Shown here: in pieces, positions 35,641 through 49,603 of the stretch
How the letters are laid out: the number at the start of each line of letters is the position of its first letter
Position numbering within the stretch: the stretch's first letter is position 1
NCBI GenBank assembly: GCA_024137785.1
Contig: JAHRHZ010000002.1
Span: forward strand, 4,927,258-4,991,257
Source of the DNA: Ginglymostoma cirratum
Lineage: Eukaryota
Reading direction: 5' to 3'
DNA: 64,000 nt
The notes under the pieces: generated by a model
What the model was told of the DNA's origin: nothing
Database searches by the model: none
What the model saw: only the letters and a program-made list of their open reading frames with translations
Translations under genes and position numbers: made by a program

Positions 35641-37609
35641 CCCACCAAGTGCTTTCTGATTCTTGATAATCCTAATATCCTTTGTAATACCATAAATTTG
35701 CATCTCTGTATATCGTATTTAAAATGCTTCGTCATTCAGATAAGAACTTTTAATTTCATTTTGTTGACTTCAGTTTCGTGCAATGAGTTTTTTGTTGATG
35801 TACAGTTTTTGCCAATAGAACAGTCTTTGTTAAACTTTCTGTCTCTTGCTTCTTTGCTGCTGTGTGACACTGCTATTTTGTTTGCAATGCTCTGAACCCG
35901 AGGACTAACCTGGCCTCCATGCTCCCTCTCCAGCTCTTTAACTCCCATGGCTGTCTCTAGATTCCCCTCTTCCTGGAAAGCAACTCCTGCTTTATGCAGC
36001 AATGGGAAGCTTAGCAAAAAATAGAAGAAGGAGCTCTTCTTTCTCAATGTTCAGTAAATAAAAAAATACACCTGTGTACGTCTTGCATGACCACCTTGCT
36101 GGCCAACAAGTGGAGAAATTTCATTACATCTCCATTGATGAACGCATTATCTATTGAACACATAGCCCATTTCTGTCCATTTTTTTTTAAAAGTTGCCAT
36201 TTAACTCTTTGTGGTCTTCTGAGTCTGGCTAGTTCTGGATGCTTTGGTTGCAGCCTACTGCCCAGACCTCAATGCAGCATAAGTGAAGCAAAGCCCTGGC
36301 CCCAAGTGACCAGAGGACTTGAGAATGCATTTTAAGGGCAATAAAAATATGTAATGCTATTGTAATTGTCCACTTGTAAGTGTAATGATTGTATTTATTT
36401 TAGAACATAACATCATTGTTACTTGGTAATTCTGAGTGTAATTAGTCTTTCTTATTTATTTTATTAAATTGTTATTTGATGATTCCTGGTGAATGAGGCT
36501 GGGTGAGTGAAGCAAAAGGCAGGATGGCAAATGGATAGGTGACAGACAGATAGGTGACCAGCTGGTAGGATGGCAGACAAGTGGGTGAGGGTAAGGGGTA
36601 GGCTGGGGGAGAAGGTTGGGGCCTTTTGAGATAGACCCTGTTGTGGTCAGAGTGGAGGGGATGTAGTGGGCCCAGACGGGCAGTTGTGAGCCTGCTTGTG
36701 GATAGGATTGGGAGTGCCGGTTGTAGAATTGGTTCAGTGGAGTTTGGGTTCGATTGGATTGGATTGGGGGAGTCAGCAGCTCCGATTATTAGGGTGTGAG
36801 GTGTAAGAAGTTGATTCAGGTTGTGGTGGGGATCCAGGGCCGGGGCCATTTCCAGGGTGTTCTGGGGGTTGGGTCACGTTTGGGGTGGGTGGAGGGGCTA
36901 GAGTTAGGTCGGGTCGGGTCTGGCCACGTCATGGGATAGAGTGGATGGAGGAGTGAATCAGGTCAGAGAGGGGCTGGGTCTGGGCAAGGGCCTGTTTCTG
37001 TGCTGTTTTGGGGGAGGGTGTGATTTGGGGTTCAGTTTATTAGTTAACACAGAGTTAGTGCAAGTTTTCATCTATTTAAGATTTTCTGGGTAACTATTTG
37101 ATGAAATAAATTGTAACACTTCAAATTTTTGAGTTTAACTGTGCATTGGGAACTCTTTTGGAGGATTTCAGATACCAGGTCTTCCCAACAATTCCCACAA
37201 GTCAGCTGTCCTGTCTATCTATACTTCAGCAATGATGCTCTTCCAATCAAAATATATGAACCATACTCTACTGGCAAAACTGATCTTTGCCAACATAATT
37301 CAAGCTGATTGTTAACCTTCTTACATGCTATCCAACTGTCTTTTCCATTGCCCTTGTGCTGCCTGGGAAGGCGAGGGTCTGTGTGGAAGAAAGAAAGTGG
37401 CTGTGCTGTCTGCCTGTCTTTGGTATCCAGTGTCTGCTGGAAATAGAGGATATGTGACAATCAAGTGAGGATAAAGAAAGGACTCTCCCACACTGGGGAA
37501 TAGCAGACTGGGACTCACTGTGGAATAGTCTCGAACTGAGGAGTCAGCCCCTTCAGCAAATGTGGAGAAGGGGTTGGAGGAAATAATATTTTCTTTTCCT
37601 GTTTTACAG

Positions 37610-38560
37610 GATTGTATCGCACTACACCAAAGTACATAGAGAGGATAGGCACCTGTAACTTAAGGATAGCTTCATGGCAAAGCAATCATTTACTCAGACC
37701 AAACCTTCACACAGTCATCTGAGCTCATGCAACATAAATATATGCACCCAGCGAAGAAACCATTCAATTGTGACATGTATGATAGAGGAAAATGCATTCA
37801 CATGCAAGCTGCGCAGCTAATTATTTCACAGTCATCAACCCTACATGTAAATGTGCATATTCACATAAGAGAGAAGCTGTTTTCACGTGAGATGTGTGAC
37901 AAAGTCTTCACACAATTCTTGACCCCTGCAACATCAAACGATCCATACCAGAGAGAAACTCTTTAAGTGTCAGGTTTGTGATAACACATTGGCGACATCA
38001 TCAAATCTCTTGATGCATCAGAGAATTCGCACAGGGGAGAAACCCTTCAGCTGTAAGATGGCTTTGCCCCCAATCTTCCAATCTGCTGAAACACCAGAGC
38101 ATCTACATAGAAGGGAAGTGCTTTCACACAGCCGTTGAAGCTTATGCAACGTCACTACGTTCGTACCAGGGAGAAACCATTCCTATGCGAGATATGCAGC
38201 AAATCCTTCTCAAAATCATCAGACCTCCTGCTCCACAGAATAGTAGTCCTTCAGATGTATATTTTTCAAAAAAGATTTCTCGATCTCTTGGACTCACTCA
38301 GGACACCAGAGGATTCATATGGGACAGCAGCTGTGATGTTCGTGAAAAAAAAAACTACAGACCACTCACCTGCTAAAGTGGACTCTCACTGGCTAGAACC
38401 TATTCGGATGTGTGGTGTGTGATAAAGCTTCACAAGTCAATGTGTTTTCTTGTCCATCAACACACTCACACAACAGTAAAACTATTTGGTGTTCTGTTTA
38501 AAAAAAAGTTTTCTCACAGTTGTCAGACCTTCTTCGAACATCAGTGAAGCCACACAGTAG
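37610..38560 (+). pseudogene. C2H2 zinc-finger pseudogene, paralog of 17559-18590
   Basis: Broken fingers in several frames (KKPFNCDM, CDKVFTQ, LFKCQVCD..HQRI.TGEKPF, EKPFLCEICSKSFSKSSDLLLHR). The acceptor region 37510-37612 matches the reverse complement of ~18930-19010. Confidence 0.85.
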
Positions 38561-39074
38561 ACAAACCTTCCAGTGTGATGTGTACAATGATTGTTTCTCC
38601 TCCTCCCTCACCATACACTGACATCACCACACGGTCTTGGAGACAGGTCTTCCATTGCACTGAGAGTTGTCTGCTCTGTTTATCTCCGTTGTGCAAACAG
38701 CGGGGGCTGTCATTCCAAAGCACTGTGTGTCTCAGCAGCGTCTGTCTCAAATCTCTCCCACCATCAGCCCAATTGTTTGAAAAAGGTCATTTTAACCTGT
38801 GACCAATCACCAAACGAAGCAGTCAGAATGCATAGAACAGTTTGCATGGGTACAAATACTACAGTGTCTCTGAGGGAATTCCTCAGCCACAGAAAGTTGG
38901 TGATTTCAGACACTCAGGACTTTCCCTGCTGTGGAACAAGAAGGAAATATCTCAATATTTCTGTGGTGTGATTTTTATCTCTTCTTGAAGATAGTTATGA
39001 TGCTCACATTTCTGAAGTTGGGGTTGAGGAGAGGGAGTGTTAATTTGTTTTCTTCCCAAATGCCTCTAAGTCTT

Positions 39075-40065
39075 TTTGATCTATACATCCTTTGCTTGCT
39101 GTGATCTGCCTGTACTGCTCATAAACAAAGCTTTTCACTGTATTTTGGTACACATGACAATAAATCAATCAATGAATCAAGGCATGAGGTATGGATGTAA
39201 TAAAAGTTCACCAGCTATGAAAACATCAGCTGGAATACCACTGGGGCTGCAGACTTTATTGTCCCTGTTTGTTGCAACTCTCCTGTCAGTGGCGACTTGC
39301 CCATGGATTCTACCATCAGACACTGAACTGAATTGAATTGAATGATTTATTCTCACTTGTGTTAAACAAATAAATACAGCAAAGTGCATAATATGTTGCC
39401 ATGCTCCAGCGCAATTTTGAATTACAAAAGATTTTAACATAAACCTAAAATATAACTAATGGCAGAGTTCTTCCTCCCTTCTTGTTGCTCTGCTGAACAA
39501 CAGGCTCACAGCAATGCCTCTGCATCATAGTCCATTCAGGAATCCTGCTCTGGGGCCACCACCAGCACCACCAGGAGCACCACACTGGGCCCACAACACC
39601 ACCACCGATGCAACCGCTGCTCCCACTGATCTGCGAGGAGTATCAATTTGCACTGATGCAGCTGACTGATGGCAACTGTAGCTGCAACCTTTGCTGACTG
39701 CAAAGGCTGCCCTGTCATCACCTCTGTCTTGAAAACTGGTGCCACTGCCACTGCTTCGACTCCTGCGCTGGGCCCACCAATGTCAAACCTCCGGTGCCAT
39801 CTCTCACATCTGGGCCCACACTCGCTGCTGTTGCAAGCTCTCTGAGGGCTCACTCTCCTCCGTGCTGGACTTGCTGACCCTGAAGAGCCGACATCTGCAC
39901 ATGCCCCGGAAGCCTGGTCTGCTCTCTCCCTGCTGGAAATGTTGAAAAGGCCTAAAAAGAGAAAAAAAAGAGAGCAAAAGCAAAAAGAAAAAAAACTAAG
40001 AAAGCAGACATTAGTGGACGAGTCCCAGGCCAGGAGTTCAAATGCAGCTACTACACTGCCATCTT
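39075..40065. mobile_element. Rex1-type tail (39075-39180, +) and a minus-strand non-autonomous LINE-derived element (~39325-40065)
   Basis: AAGCTTTTCACTGTAT..GGTACACATGACAATAAATCAATCAAT tail similar to 9600-9677. (TTCAA)n tail and AAGATGGCAG start on the minus strand. Confidence 0.45.
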
Positions 40066-40379
40066 GGACTTACTGGGAGATAGTCTGGAGGGTATCAGCT
40101 GCCCCTAGGGCCTCATGGTTGAGGAGCTGTTCAAAATGTTCTTTACAGCATTAATGGATGGAATTGTCATCCTTAAGAAAAGTAACAATATCTTGTAAAC
40201 AAAGGGGATTTCGTTAATTTGACTTTGATAGAGATGGCCTTGGTGACTTTACATGTAATAATGATCAGTGTATTGTTGGATCAATCAGATTTTCTATTCT
40301 CACCTTATGGCCTTTGTTGTCTGGATTCTTTAGGCGCAGCCTTAAACTGTTGAAATAGTGCCTCCTTTAGTTGTGACCT

Positions 40380-40830
40380 TGGGTTATTCTTGAGCTCTAT
40401 TCGCTGCAACTAACTTTGATTATGTCATTTCTGAGCATGCTTTCAATCTGTTTTTGAACCTATGCCAACTTTAGAGGGCTCAGACTATAAGGATTCTGTT
40501 TCATTAGGATAGCATTTCATCATACGTAGCCAGTTTAGTACTTCCAAGTTTATTCTCACATATCGTTCTGTGTGATTGTAATAACTCTTCCAGTTATTTT
40601 GATTTTCCTCAAAGTTCATCAATAATTTGTTCCAATTTTTGAGAACTTTCGCATTGTCCAATTTAAGGCAAGGAATGTCAAAATCAGAATGATCTGAATT
40701 TGGTTCTTCACTTTGAGTTGTAACAAGTGACACATTCTTCTTTTGCTTTCTTTCCCTATCCAAGTACCATTTGATCATATTCACATCACACACACTGTTA
40801 GCTTTCCTTTTATCTGGCATTCTGCTCAAA
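40380..40830 (-). mobile_element. Gmr1-like Gypsy fragment (integrase-RT linker)
   Basis: MPDKRK..VCDVNMIK.Y.DRE...EEPNSDHSDFDIP.LKLDN..VLKNW, homologous to 3090-3480. Confidence 0.7.
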
Positions 40831-42479
40831 TATGGCACTCATCGCAGATGACCTTGAAAGTTGGACCATGACTTCCTCCTCATCCTCTGACTTGTCCTGA
40901 GAGTGCACAATCCTCTTGAGGACTGTAAGCTCTGGTTCTTCTGCTGAAGTCCTCATCCTCCAGGATAGAGTGTCCATTCTCTAGGTCATCTTCTCTCTCA
41001 ATGTCTCCCGATCTGCAGTGCCTGTCTATAACAGCCAAACGCAGCCACTTTCAGCAGCAGATTCAGCTGCTGCTATATGTGGTCTTGGCCCCACCCTTGT
41101 GGCCCATGTGCACATAAGGTGTAAATCAATTGCCAGGTTTTTCTTATGCAACTACTGAAAAAACAGGGTGGATGTATAAAATGGCAGTCAATTGCATCTT
41201 TAATGAGTTCAATTGCCTGGGAATGGTCTCTTTCAAAGTGATGGCCTGCAGTAGGGTGGGGAGGTGGGGGAGTGGTGGTTGTTCCAAAGTCCCCACCCTG
41301 TCATCCTCCACATTAATCGAGACAAATGGAGTGACAAATTTCATACCTAACATCAAGACATCACCTTTCATGCAAGCTTAGGGGCAGCGCGTCTGATTTA
41401 CAACTGCTGTTTGTCTCAGCAATGATCAGCCCATCACACCCTCTCAAATGTATTTAAGCAATAACAATATCTTGCAATTGTATAGTGCCTTTGAGGAAAT
41501 AGGTTCTTCAGAGGAGTAATTAACAAATGCAATTTAAGACCAAATTGCTTAAGCAGCTATTAGGTGATGACCAGGAAACCATTGTCAATTAATGCCTCTG
41601 AGCAATTAGCAACGGGCAATAAATGCTGGCCTACCCAGTGATGCCCTCACCCCGTGAATAAATTTTTAAAAATGGTCAGATGACTGCAAGCTCAGTCAAA
41701 GAGGTAGTTTTGGGCACCTTGAAGGAAGACAGAAAGAGGCAGAGATGTCCAGCGAGTTGGAGAGACACACATTGTTGGTGAAGGGATTAAATCTGAGGCA
41801 ATTTGAAGAGGCCAGATTGGAAGAGTGCAGAGTTCCTGAAGGGTTGTGGGCTTGAGGATATTACAGAGATAGGGAGAAGTGAAACCATGGAGGGCTTTTA
41901 AAATATGTATGAGAATTTGAAAAAATTATTTAACTGGGACCGAAGTGGAGTGGGGGAAATGAGATGTTCACTGATGAAGTGATGTTTGGCACTAAGCATG
42001 AGTTTGAAAACATATTAAACACATAATACTCAAATAGTATTATGAAACATTCCTTGGTAAAGTGAGACACCCATCCTCCAGTCCCTTCCTCTCTGCGCAG
42101 ATTTATTCAAGAATTTAATTGTTATTAAAGATTACATAAAGATGGATTAAATTTTTTTATTGTTAAGCGATTAATTGCTGATTAAATTTTGTACAGTTTT
42201 AAAACCAATTGCTTGATAAAGTACAGTTAACTAATAGAAGATGGAAACATTTGTTCAAACTTTATAGGAAATCCAATTATCTTCAAACACTTTTGAATAG
42301 AATTCAAGCCTTTGATTACCATGAAATTAACATTCCATGCCAGTGCAATAATAGTTTCAGAACAAAATGTTAAACGGTTTCTTTATATTACAATTGTAAA
42401 ATTCAACAAAAGGATATAATTGCCAGGAATTACATAATGTCCAATAATTGAGCACATTTATAATCTGCTATTTGATTAA

Positions 42480-43145
42480 TACAACACACAAATGCTAAGC
42501 TGTGACCATCACGAACAAGACACAATCTAACCACCGCCCCTTGGCATTCAACAGTGTTACCATCACTGAACCCCCCACTATCAATATCGTTAGGGTTACC
42601 ATTGAACAGAAACTCAACTGGACTCACCACATTAACAGAGTGACTACAAGAGCAGCTCAAAAGCTAGGAATACTGCGGCGAATAACTTACCTCTTGACTC
42701 CTCAAAGTCTGTTCACTATCTACAAGGCACAGGTCAGGAGTGTGATGGGATACTCCCCACTTGCCTGGATGAGTGCAGCCCCAACAACACCCAAGAAGCT
42801 TGACACCATCATGGACAAAGCAACACACTTGACTGGCACATCCACAAGCATCCACTCCCTCCACCACCAATGCTCACTAGTAGCATTGTGTACTATCTAC
42901 AAGATGCACTGCAGAAATTCACCAAAGATCCTCAGACAGCACCTTCCAAACCCACAACCACTTCCATCTAGAAGAACAAGTGAAACAGATATGTGGGAAC
43001 ACTACCACCTTCAAGTTCCCCTCCAAGCCACTCAGAATCCTTCACTGTTGCTGGGTCAAAATGCTGGAATTCCCTCCCTGTAATAGCATTGTGGGTCAAC
43101 CCACAGCAGGTGGACTGCAGTGGTTGAAGAAGGCAGTTCACCACA
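42480..43145 (+). mobile_element. CR1/L2-group LINE 3' fragment
   Basis: TIEQKLNWTHHIN..AAQKLGILRR..LTPQSLFTIYKAQVRSVM.YSPLAW. Confidence 0.8.
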
Positions 43146-43159
43146 AAATTCCTACCCCA

Positions 43160-44210
43160 CTGACCTGATTTTGTAGATATAGTATTTATATGTCTGATCC
43201 TGTTCGGTTTCTGGTCAATGGTAACCCTCAGAACATTGATAGTGGGGGATTCAGCAATGGGAAGGCCACTGAATGGCAAGAGATGATGGTTGGATTCTCT
43301 TTTGGAGATGGTCATTGTCTAACACTTGTGTCAGCTGGATGTTACTTGCTACTTAACAGTAGATGTCGGGATCATGTCCAGGCCTTGCTGCATTTGGACA
43401 TGGACTGCTTCAGTGTCTGAAAAGTCATGAATTATGCTGAATATTGTGCAATCATCAGCAAATATCCCCACCTCTGACCTTATATTGGAGGGAAGATCAT
43501 CGACAAAATAGCTGGAGATGTTTGGGCCAAGTGCACTAACCTGAGGAACTCATACAGTGATGTCCTCTGGATATGGTGAGTGAACCTTAACAATTATAAT
43601 TATCATTTATTGTGCTAGATATGTCTCCAACCAGTGGGGAGTTTTCCCCTGATTCCTATTGACTAATTTTACTAGGGCTCATTGAGGTTACACTTGGTTA
43701 AGTAAAACATTGAAATCATTGGCAGTCATCCTTACTTTTCCTCTTGAATTTTCTTTTGTCCATTTTGTACTAAGGCTGTAATGATGTTAGGGGGTGAGTG
43801 GGCCTAGTGCAACCCAAACTGAGCATCAGTGATCAGGTTATTGTGGAGTAAGTTCCACTTGATGGCGCTGTCAATGACACATGTTATAGATTTGCTAATG
43901 ATTGAGAGTAGACTGATAGGGTGGTAACAGGTCACATTGGATTTTTGTGTACAGGATATACCTGGACAATTTTCCATATTCTTGGGTAGACACTAATGTT
44001 GTAGCTGTACTGGATCAGCTTGGCTAGGTGCATGGCTAGTTCTGGACCATAAGTCTTCGTTACTGTTGTTGCAATATTGTTTGGGCATAAAACCTTGATG
44101 GTATCCAGTGCAACATCTGTTAATTTATATCATGTAGAGTGAATTGAATTGGTTGAAGACAGATATCTGATAATGGGGGACCTCAGGAAGAGGCTGGGAT
44201 CATCCATTTG
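43160..44210 (-). mobile_element. CR1/L2-group LINE RT fragment (same family, opposite strand)
   Basis: ESNHHLLPF..ESPTINVLRVTIDQK; GIFADDCTIF on the minus strand ~43440-43470. Confidence 0.75.
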
Positions 44211-44214
44211 TCAT

Positions 44215-47080
44215 GAAATAAAAACAGAATATTTTTAATGATGAGATGCTTCAAGTGATTGTACAGTTACAGAATTAGAAGAAACAGAACGTGAAATTGG
44301 GATGTCATCACTGGAATTAGCCAAAACATAGTTAAAAATGAAAAGACTTGAAATTGCAGAAATGAAAAAGGGTTTAATGAGAAGAGGGGAGAGAGAAAAA
44401 GAGGAAAATAGTGTTCAGAACGTTTGAAATGGCATTCAAAGATCTGTACTCCAAAGAGATAGGAGATAAGAGAACATGAGAGAACTATCCTATAGCTCAT
44501 AACAAAAAGAAAATGAGAAGAGATGGAAGCGGTATTAGATCTACAGAACAGGCAGACAGGCATCAAATTAACAAAGAAGAAAGGCCTGAAGTGAGAAGCG
44601 ATGTAAAAAATCAATATGCATTCATTGTAATAAAATTAGATGTACAAAAGCCAAGAGTTGGAAGTTCAAAGGGAGATTGATTGCAGTAATTAGAATGTCC
44701 AAGGAATCTTCAGATAAGGTGGCCTCAGGAAAAGAAGTAGGTTTTAAAAGTGTAGCTGTGGTACAAAGGGAACATGCAAGGGTTTCTCGCAAAATGTTGA
44801 CTTTCCTGCTTCTCGAACCTGCTCCTCCTGTTGTCTGACATGCTGTGCTTTTCCAGCTTCACATCTACGGACTGAAAGATGGCTCAGGACAGTCATAAAA
44901 ATCATTTTTTGGACATTGGCAAGGAGACTAAGTTCATTTTATCTCAAAAGGTGTTTCAAATCAAGGAGGTAAACCAGTAAAGACATTGAGAGATGCTGGA
45001 GCAAGTCAGTTATTGATGCTGGCTGATGATAGTATTTGTCTAATCCAGTGGGGTTAATGAAGGAGAAATATTAATTGGAGGTACGCATGGATGTTACAAA
45101 CTAGTCTAATTATACAGTATGGATTAATGAGTGACTTGGTAAGTGGGAAAGTTGTGTGAAACAAATTCTAATAGAAGGTATTGGTTTATATTAACAATTG
45201 ATGTGGCAGGTACAAGAATATTGGCTTCACCAAGAATTATAGAATCCATACAGCGTGGAAGCAAGAGCATCCCACCCACACCCCTCCCCCTATAACCCAC
45301 ACATCCCTGAACACTATGGGCAATTTAGCATGGCCAATCCACCTAAGCTGCACATCTTTAGACTGTGGGAGGAAACTGGAGCACCCGGAGGAAACCCACG
45401 CAGACACAGGGAGAATGTGCAAACTCCACACAGACAGTCGCCTGAGGCTGGAGCTGAACCCAGGTCCCTGGTGCTGTGAGGCATCAGTGCTAACCACTGA
45501 GCCACCATGCCGCCCCAAGGGTAGGGAAAGATGTGGTGAGACAACCAGTAGAGGAAAAAAGATATATCATTACAATGGGAACATTGTTTCCTGACTCTTC
45601 TGACGAGGGCAAAACAGAAAAGAATCTAGGAAACAAATGGTGGATTTGAAATTCAGTTATCAGATGCAATATTTCGAGAAAGTAATGAAAATGGATGACG
45701 GTAATAAGAATGAGGCTGATACATTTAGCCCATTTTCTCTGATAGAAACGAAAGAAACAGATTCGGAATTAAAAGTGTAATATGAAACAGACCACATAGA
45801 AACTAACCCATACATTATTTCTTGAAAATCAATGTCGGATAGTGATGAAACCCCAATCCTCAATTAAACCTGCACCTTCCAATAACAGATTTTGAAGAAC
45901 TATTCACCAGGATTTGGTTGGTCCTCTATGGAATTGTGTTGGATCACTTCCTAAAACTGGGAAAAAGAACAATTTAAATCACCCACAATTCAAGGTGCAT
46001 TGGAAAAATGGCATCAAACCTCAAAGTCCATGATTAGAGAGTATTGCCATAATGTCCTGATGGGTGGAATAAAGGAATTCTTTTATTAATATTTCCTATT
46101 CAGGATGCTTCTAATGAGTCCAGAGGACTTAGTCCTTTTGAAATATAATATTGACATGAGGTGAAAAGATTAAATCAAATTAACTCGATTAATTAAATTG
46201 ATGTTGATAAACAAAGGTCAGAAATTATGCTTCCAATCTGTGTGTTGAACTTCTGAGAAAAACCTGACCAACACAGGTGAGCTGGTTAAAAAAACTGAAG
46301 GAGGCTTAATGAACAATGAAAATCTCAAACAACTAAAAAAGCTTAAGTTCAAAATTGTGTTGCAGCAGATAATGAGTTAGCATTGTCACCTGTCTCTGTG
46401 GACTATTAAAAATTAGGTTCACTGGACCCTATCAAAACAATAAAAAACTGAATTCAGCAATTGCAAAATAGGTCATCCGGATAGGCCATAGGATATATGT
46501 TTGTGTCATGTTAACATGTTGAAAAGAAATCATGACAAAGACAGTAAGAGAAAAGTATACAAAAAATTCAAACCATGAACCCACAATCAAATTAGAAAAC
46601 AAGAAAATGCTTAAATAATAGAGAGCATCATGTTTTATCTTCCAGAAAACTATTCAGGTGACATACAAAGGCTAATGCAGAATTATGGAATAATTTATAA
46701 TATAAACCAGGAACACCAATTTTGGCTGCTCATGATGTTAATGTGGAGGGATGTGTTACTTGCAAAACAACACCCATACTCACTCAATCTGGAGATATTC
46801 ACTCAAGTGAGGGAAGAAAATAAGAATATGACATTATTGAACTGAGTCATAGCAGCAGGTGCTCTCCTGTCACGATGGTGCCAAAATCAGATAGGTCACG
46901 ATGATTCTGTAATGATTATCGCAAAGTCAATGTGGTTAAAAAAAGTGGACCTGTACCAAGACAGGAGGACTGAATTGAACAAATGAGATATGCATGATTT
47001 TTCACAAGGAGTGACTTGTGCAAAGTCTGTAAACTAATAGCGTTAAAGAAATATTGGCTTTTGTAACATCAGTGCAAAGT
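44215..47080 (+). mobile_element. Second, highly decayed Gmr1-like Gypsy element
   Basis: CIHCNK knuckle ~44617, protease LRDAGASQ ~44986, integrase GALEKWHQT.KSM ~45995, FTGPY ~46418, RT VPKSD...FCNDYRKVN ~46880. Interrupted by an HE1 SINE and a PLE end (~44780-44870). Confidence 0.75.
45240..45516 (-). mobile_element. HE1-type V-SINE
   Basis: GGCGGCATGGTGGCTCAGTGGTTAGCACTG head; TGTGTGGAGTTTGCACATTCTCCC.GTGTCTGCGTGGGTTTCCTCCGGGTGCTCC central V domain. Confidence 0.9.
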
Positions 47081-47229
47081 AGATTAGAATTTGGATAATG
47101 AAATGCTTATGGTATAAGATACGCAATGTTCTGTATACTTCAATATTTCACTTAGAGTTTTTAACTGAGGTGAGGCTGTCCTTGTGTCGTTTAAACAAAG
47201 TGATCATAAAACCTGTATTCAGTCTCCCA

Positions 47230-47320
47230 GAAACAACACAGTATGGAGCTGGAGGAACACAGCAGGTCAGGCAGCATCAGAGAAGCAGGATGTTTCGGGT
47301 CAGGACTCTTCTTCTGAAAT
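47230..47320 (-). mobile_element. Decayed short Penelope-like terminal unit
   Basis: GGAGCTGGAGGAACACAGCAGGTCAGGCAGCATC...GTTTCGGGTCAGGACTCTTCTTC. Confidence 0.7.
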
Positions 47321-48014
47321 GAAGATAAAATAGAACCAATCAAACTATGTATGTGGAACACTAACTTAAAGATTTAGAAACACATGGTGAGATAAAAGCC
47401 CATTAATCCCAAAACTACTCTTTTACAGTCCTCATGATAAAGAGAATCTCCTGCTCTATTACTTCTATAGAATTAAATTAACTGTGACTTCAACTCCCAG
47501 TCTGGAGAATCTGACCACCTCTTCCTGGAACCCTCGTACACCTGAGCTTAAGCTTTCTTAGCTTCAAGCAGTCTCTTCAGAGTTCTAATCAAACAGTCCT
47601 GATCTTGAACTATTACTAATTCCTTATACTAAGGGAACCTATTAACAAGTGTAAACCATCTTTGTACTTTGTCAGGAGCAACTAATTTGGACATCTACCT
47701 TCAGCCAAGGCTTCTGCAGAACACCGCCACCCCCCCAGCTAATTAAAACGTTTTTATTTCGTACTGTGTGTGTTTCCCCTAAGTTCAAAGAAACAAGTCT
47801 AGAATTTTCAATCAGGAAACCTGGGTACTTTATTTTCTCATTAACTCTCAATGTCAACAATAACCCATAGCACTTGGATGGTTATCTCTCTCAAACATTT
47901 AAAATAAATTACTGTGGCTGCAAAAATATTTTTGAGTTGATCTTTAAAATCCCTTAAACAAACAGAATCCATATGCTACTAGCTCAAGATTCAAAAATCC
48001 AAACTTAAAAATAA

Positions 48015-48365
48015 TTTCCTATTCATTAATGGGATAAGGGCTTGCTGGCTAGGCAGCATTATTGCCCGTCCCAACTGCCCAGAGGGCAGTTTCAAGTCAA
48101 CCACATTGCTGTGGGTCTGGAGCCACATGTAGGCCAGACCAGGTAAGGACGACAGTTTCCTTCCCTGAAGGATATCAGTGAACCAGATGGGTTTTTCCGA
48201 CAATCAAGAATGGATTCATGGTCATCATTAAATTTTTAATTTCAGATATTTTATTAAATTCAAATTCCACCATCTGCCATGTTGGAATTCAAACTCGGGT
48301 ACCCAGAACGTTATCTGGGTCTCTGGATTAACAGTCCAGCGCCTCGAACACTAGGCCAGCGCCTC
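48015..48365 (-). mobile_element. tRNA-derived shark SINE
   Basis: Reverse complement of the family at 29490-29820, better preserved. Confidence 0.7.
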
Positions 48366-48964
48366 ACCCCTGATATTAAAATATCTGTAAATCTCTCACC
48401 TTACATCACTGTGTGTGTGTGGCTGCAAGACAGTGTATGTGAGGCAGTTTGTGACAGAATAAGTGTGTATGAGATACAGCATGTTTCTGAATGTTCATGA
48501 CAATGATTGTGTGTGAAAGCGTGGTGTGTTAGATGGGTGCAGTGTCTGTGTGAATGGTGGGAGAAAGCAGAAAACATTCTCAATATTTTTTGGTTGATTT
48601 TGTTTCCATGAAAACTTCCTAACTTGGTTAACTCGAACCTTCTTCTTCACAGTCAGCAGACAGTCACACATGCTAGAATGGACAGCATTTACTGTTGTCT
48701 TTATTCCCTCCCATTGTCCATTCTTTGTGCTAGAGGGAACTGCCTTTCCTTCTCTGTATTTTATGCTGTATGGAACAATATCAATACCAGCTCCAATCTC
48801 AGTCAACCTGTCCCAGGTGAGTGATGGAGCCTACCAGTAAACCTAGAGTGTTAAAGGTTTACCAGATATACTTGTAGGACATGTAGTGACACCGGAACTC
48901 TCACTCCACCTTGGTCACTGCTGTGTACTGCAATTGATACTCCTGGTGTGGCTGTAACTGAGGG

Positions 48965-49270
48965 ATTGTGAGGAATTCGGATTTATTGGACGTATCCACA
49001 ATTTTCCATTCCTCCTGTTGGGGAGCTCGGTATTCCACCCTGTACCCTGAACTGTCTAGTCATGTTTGTGATTTTTGCCAGTCAAACTGATCATTTCTTG
49101 AAGACTGATCATGTCAAGGTTTGAACACGCAGGCTACTTGTATGGAGAAGGAGTATAGGAAAGTATGCCTTAGAGTGATAATTTGCTAGCAGGAGTTGTC
49201 TGATCAGTTACTGGAGGTTGGATGGAGCAGGCTTATCAGATATTTCGGCCTGATCTTTGGACGAGACACC
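48965..49270 (-). other. Possible terminal exon/3' UTR of the MHC class I gene
   Basis: Weak acceptor ATGCACAG at 49271 and AATAAA on the minus strand at 48987-48982. Confidence 0.35.
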
Positions 49271-49603
49271 CTGTGCATTAACTAACCAGACTCACATGGC
49301 AGAACACAGAGGCAATTGAGGGTGAAGGATTGGAGGGTGAGAGTGTGGAGACAGAGAGTGGAGGGTGAGGAACTGAAAGGTGAGGGAGTGGGGAATGAGA
49401 GATTAAAAAAATGAGGGACTGACAGGTGAGTGACTGGGGTGTGTCGAGTTGAGGAAGAGGAGGATAGGAGACTGGGGATTGAGGGACTAGAGAGTGAGGA
49501 ATGTGGCACATACGTCACCCTGAGTAACACCCAGAGAATGTAACTCTACAGCTTCCAATGCCTTCTATACCATTCCCAACACTCTGTCCCCTCAGTCACT
49601 AAC

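Noticed and set aside
42480-44210. Apparent single inverted LINE
   Set aside because: The overlapping parts of the two arms are clearly diverged in translation, so two independent insertions are more likely.
45440-45516. tRNA-like sequence
   Set aside because: Head of an HE1 SINE, with no complete cloverleaf. The same applies to the heads at ~29490 and ~48365.
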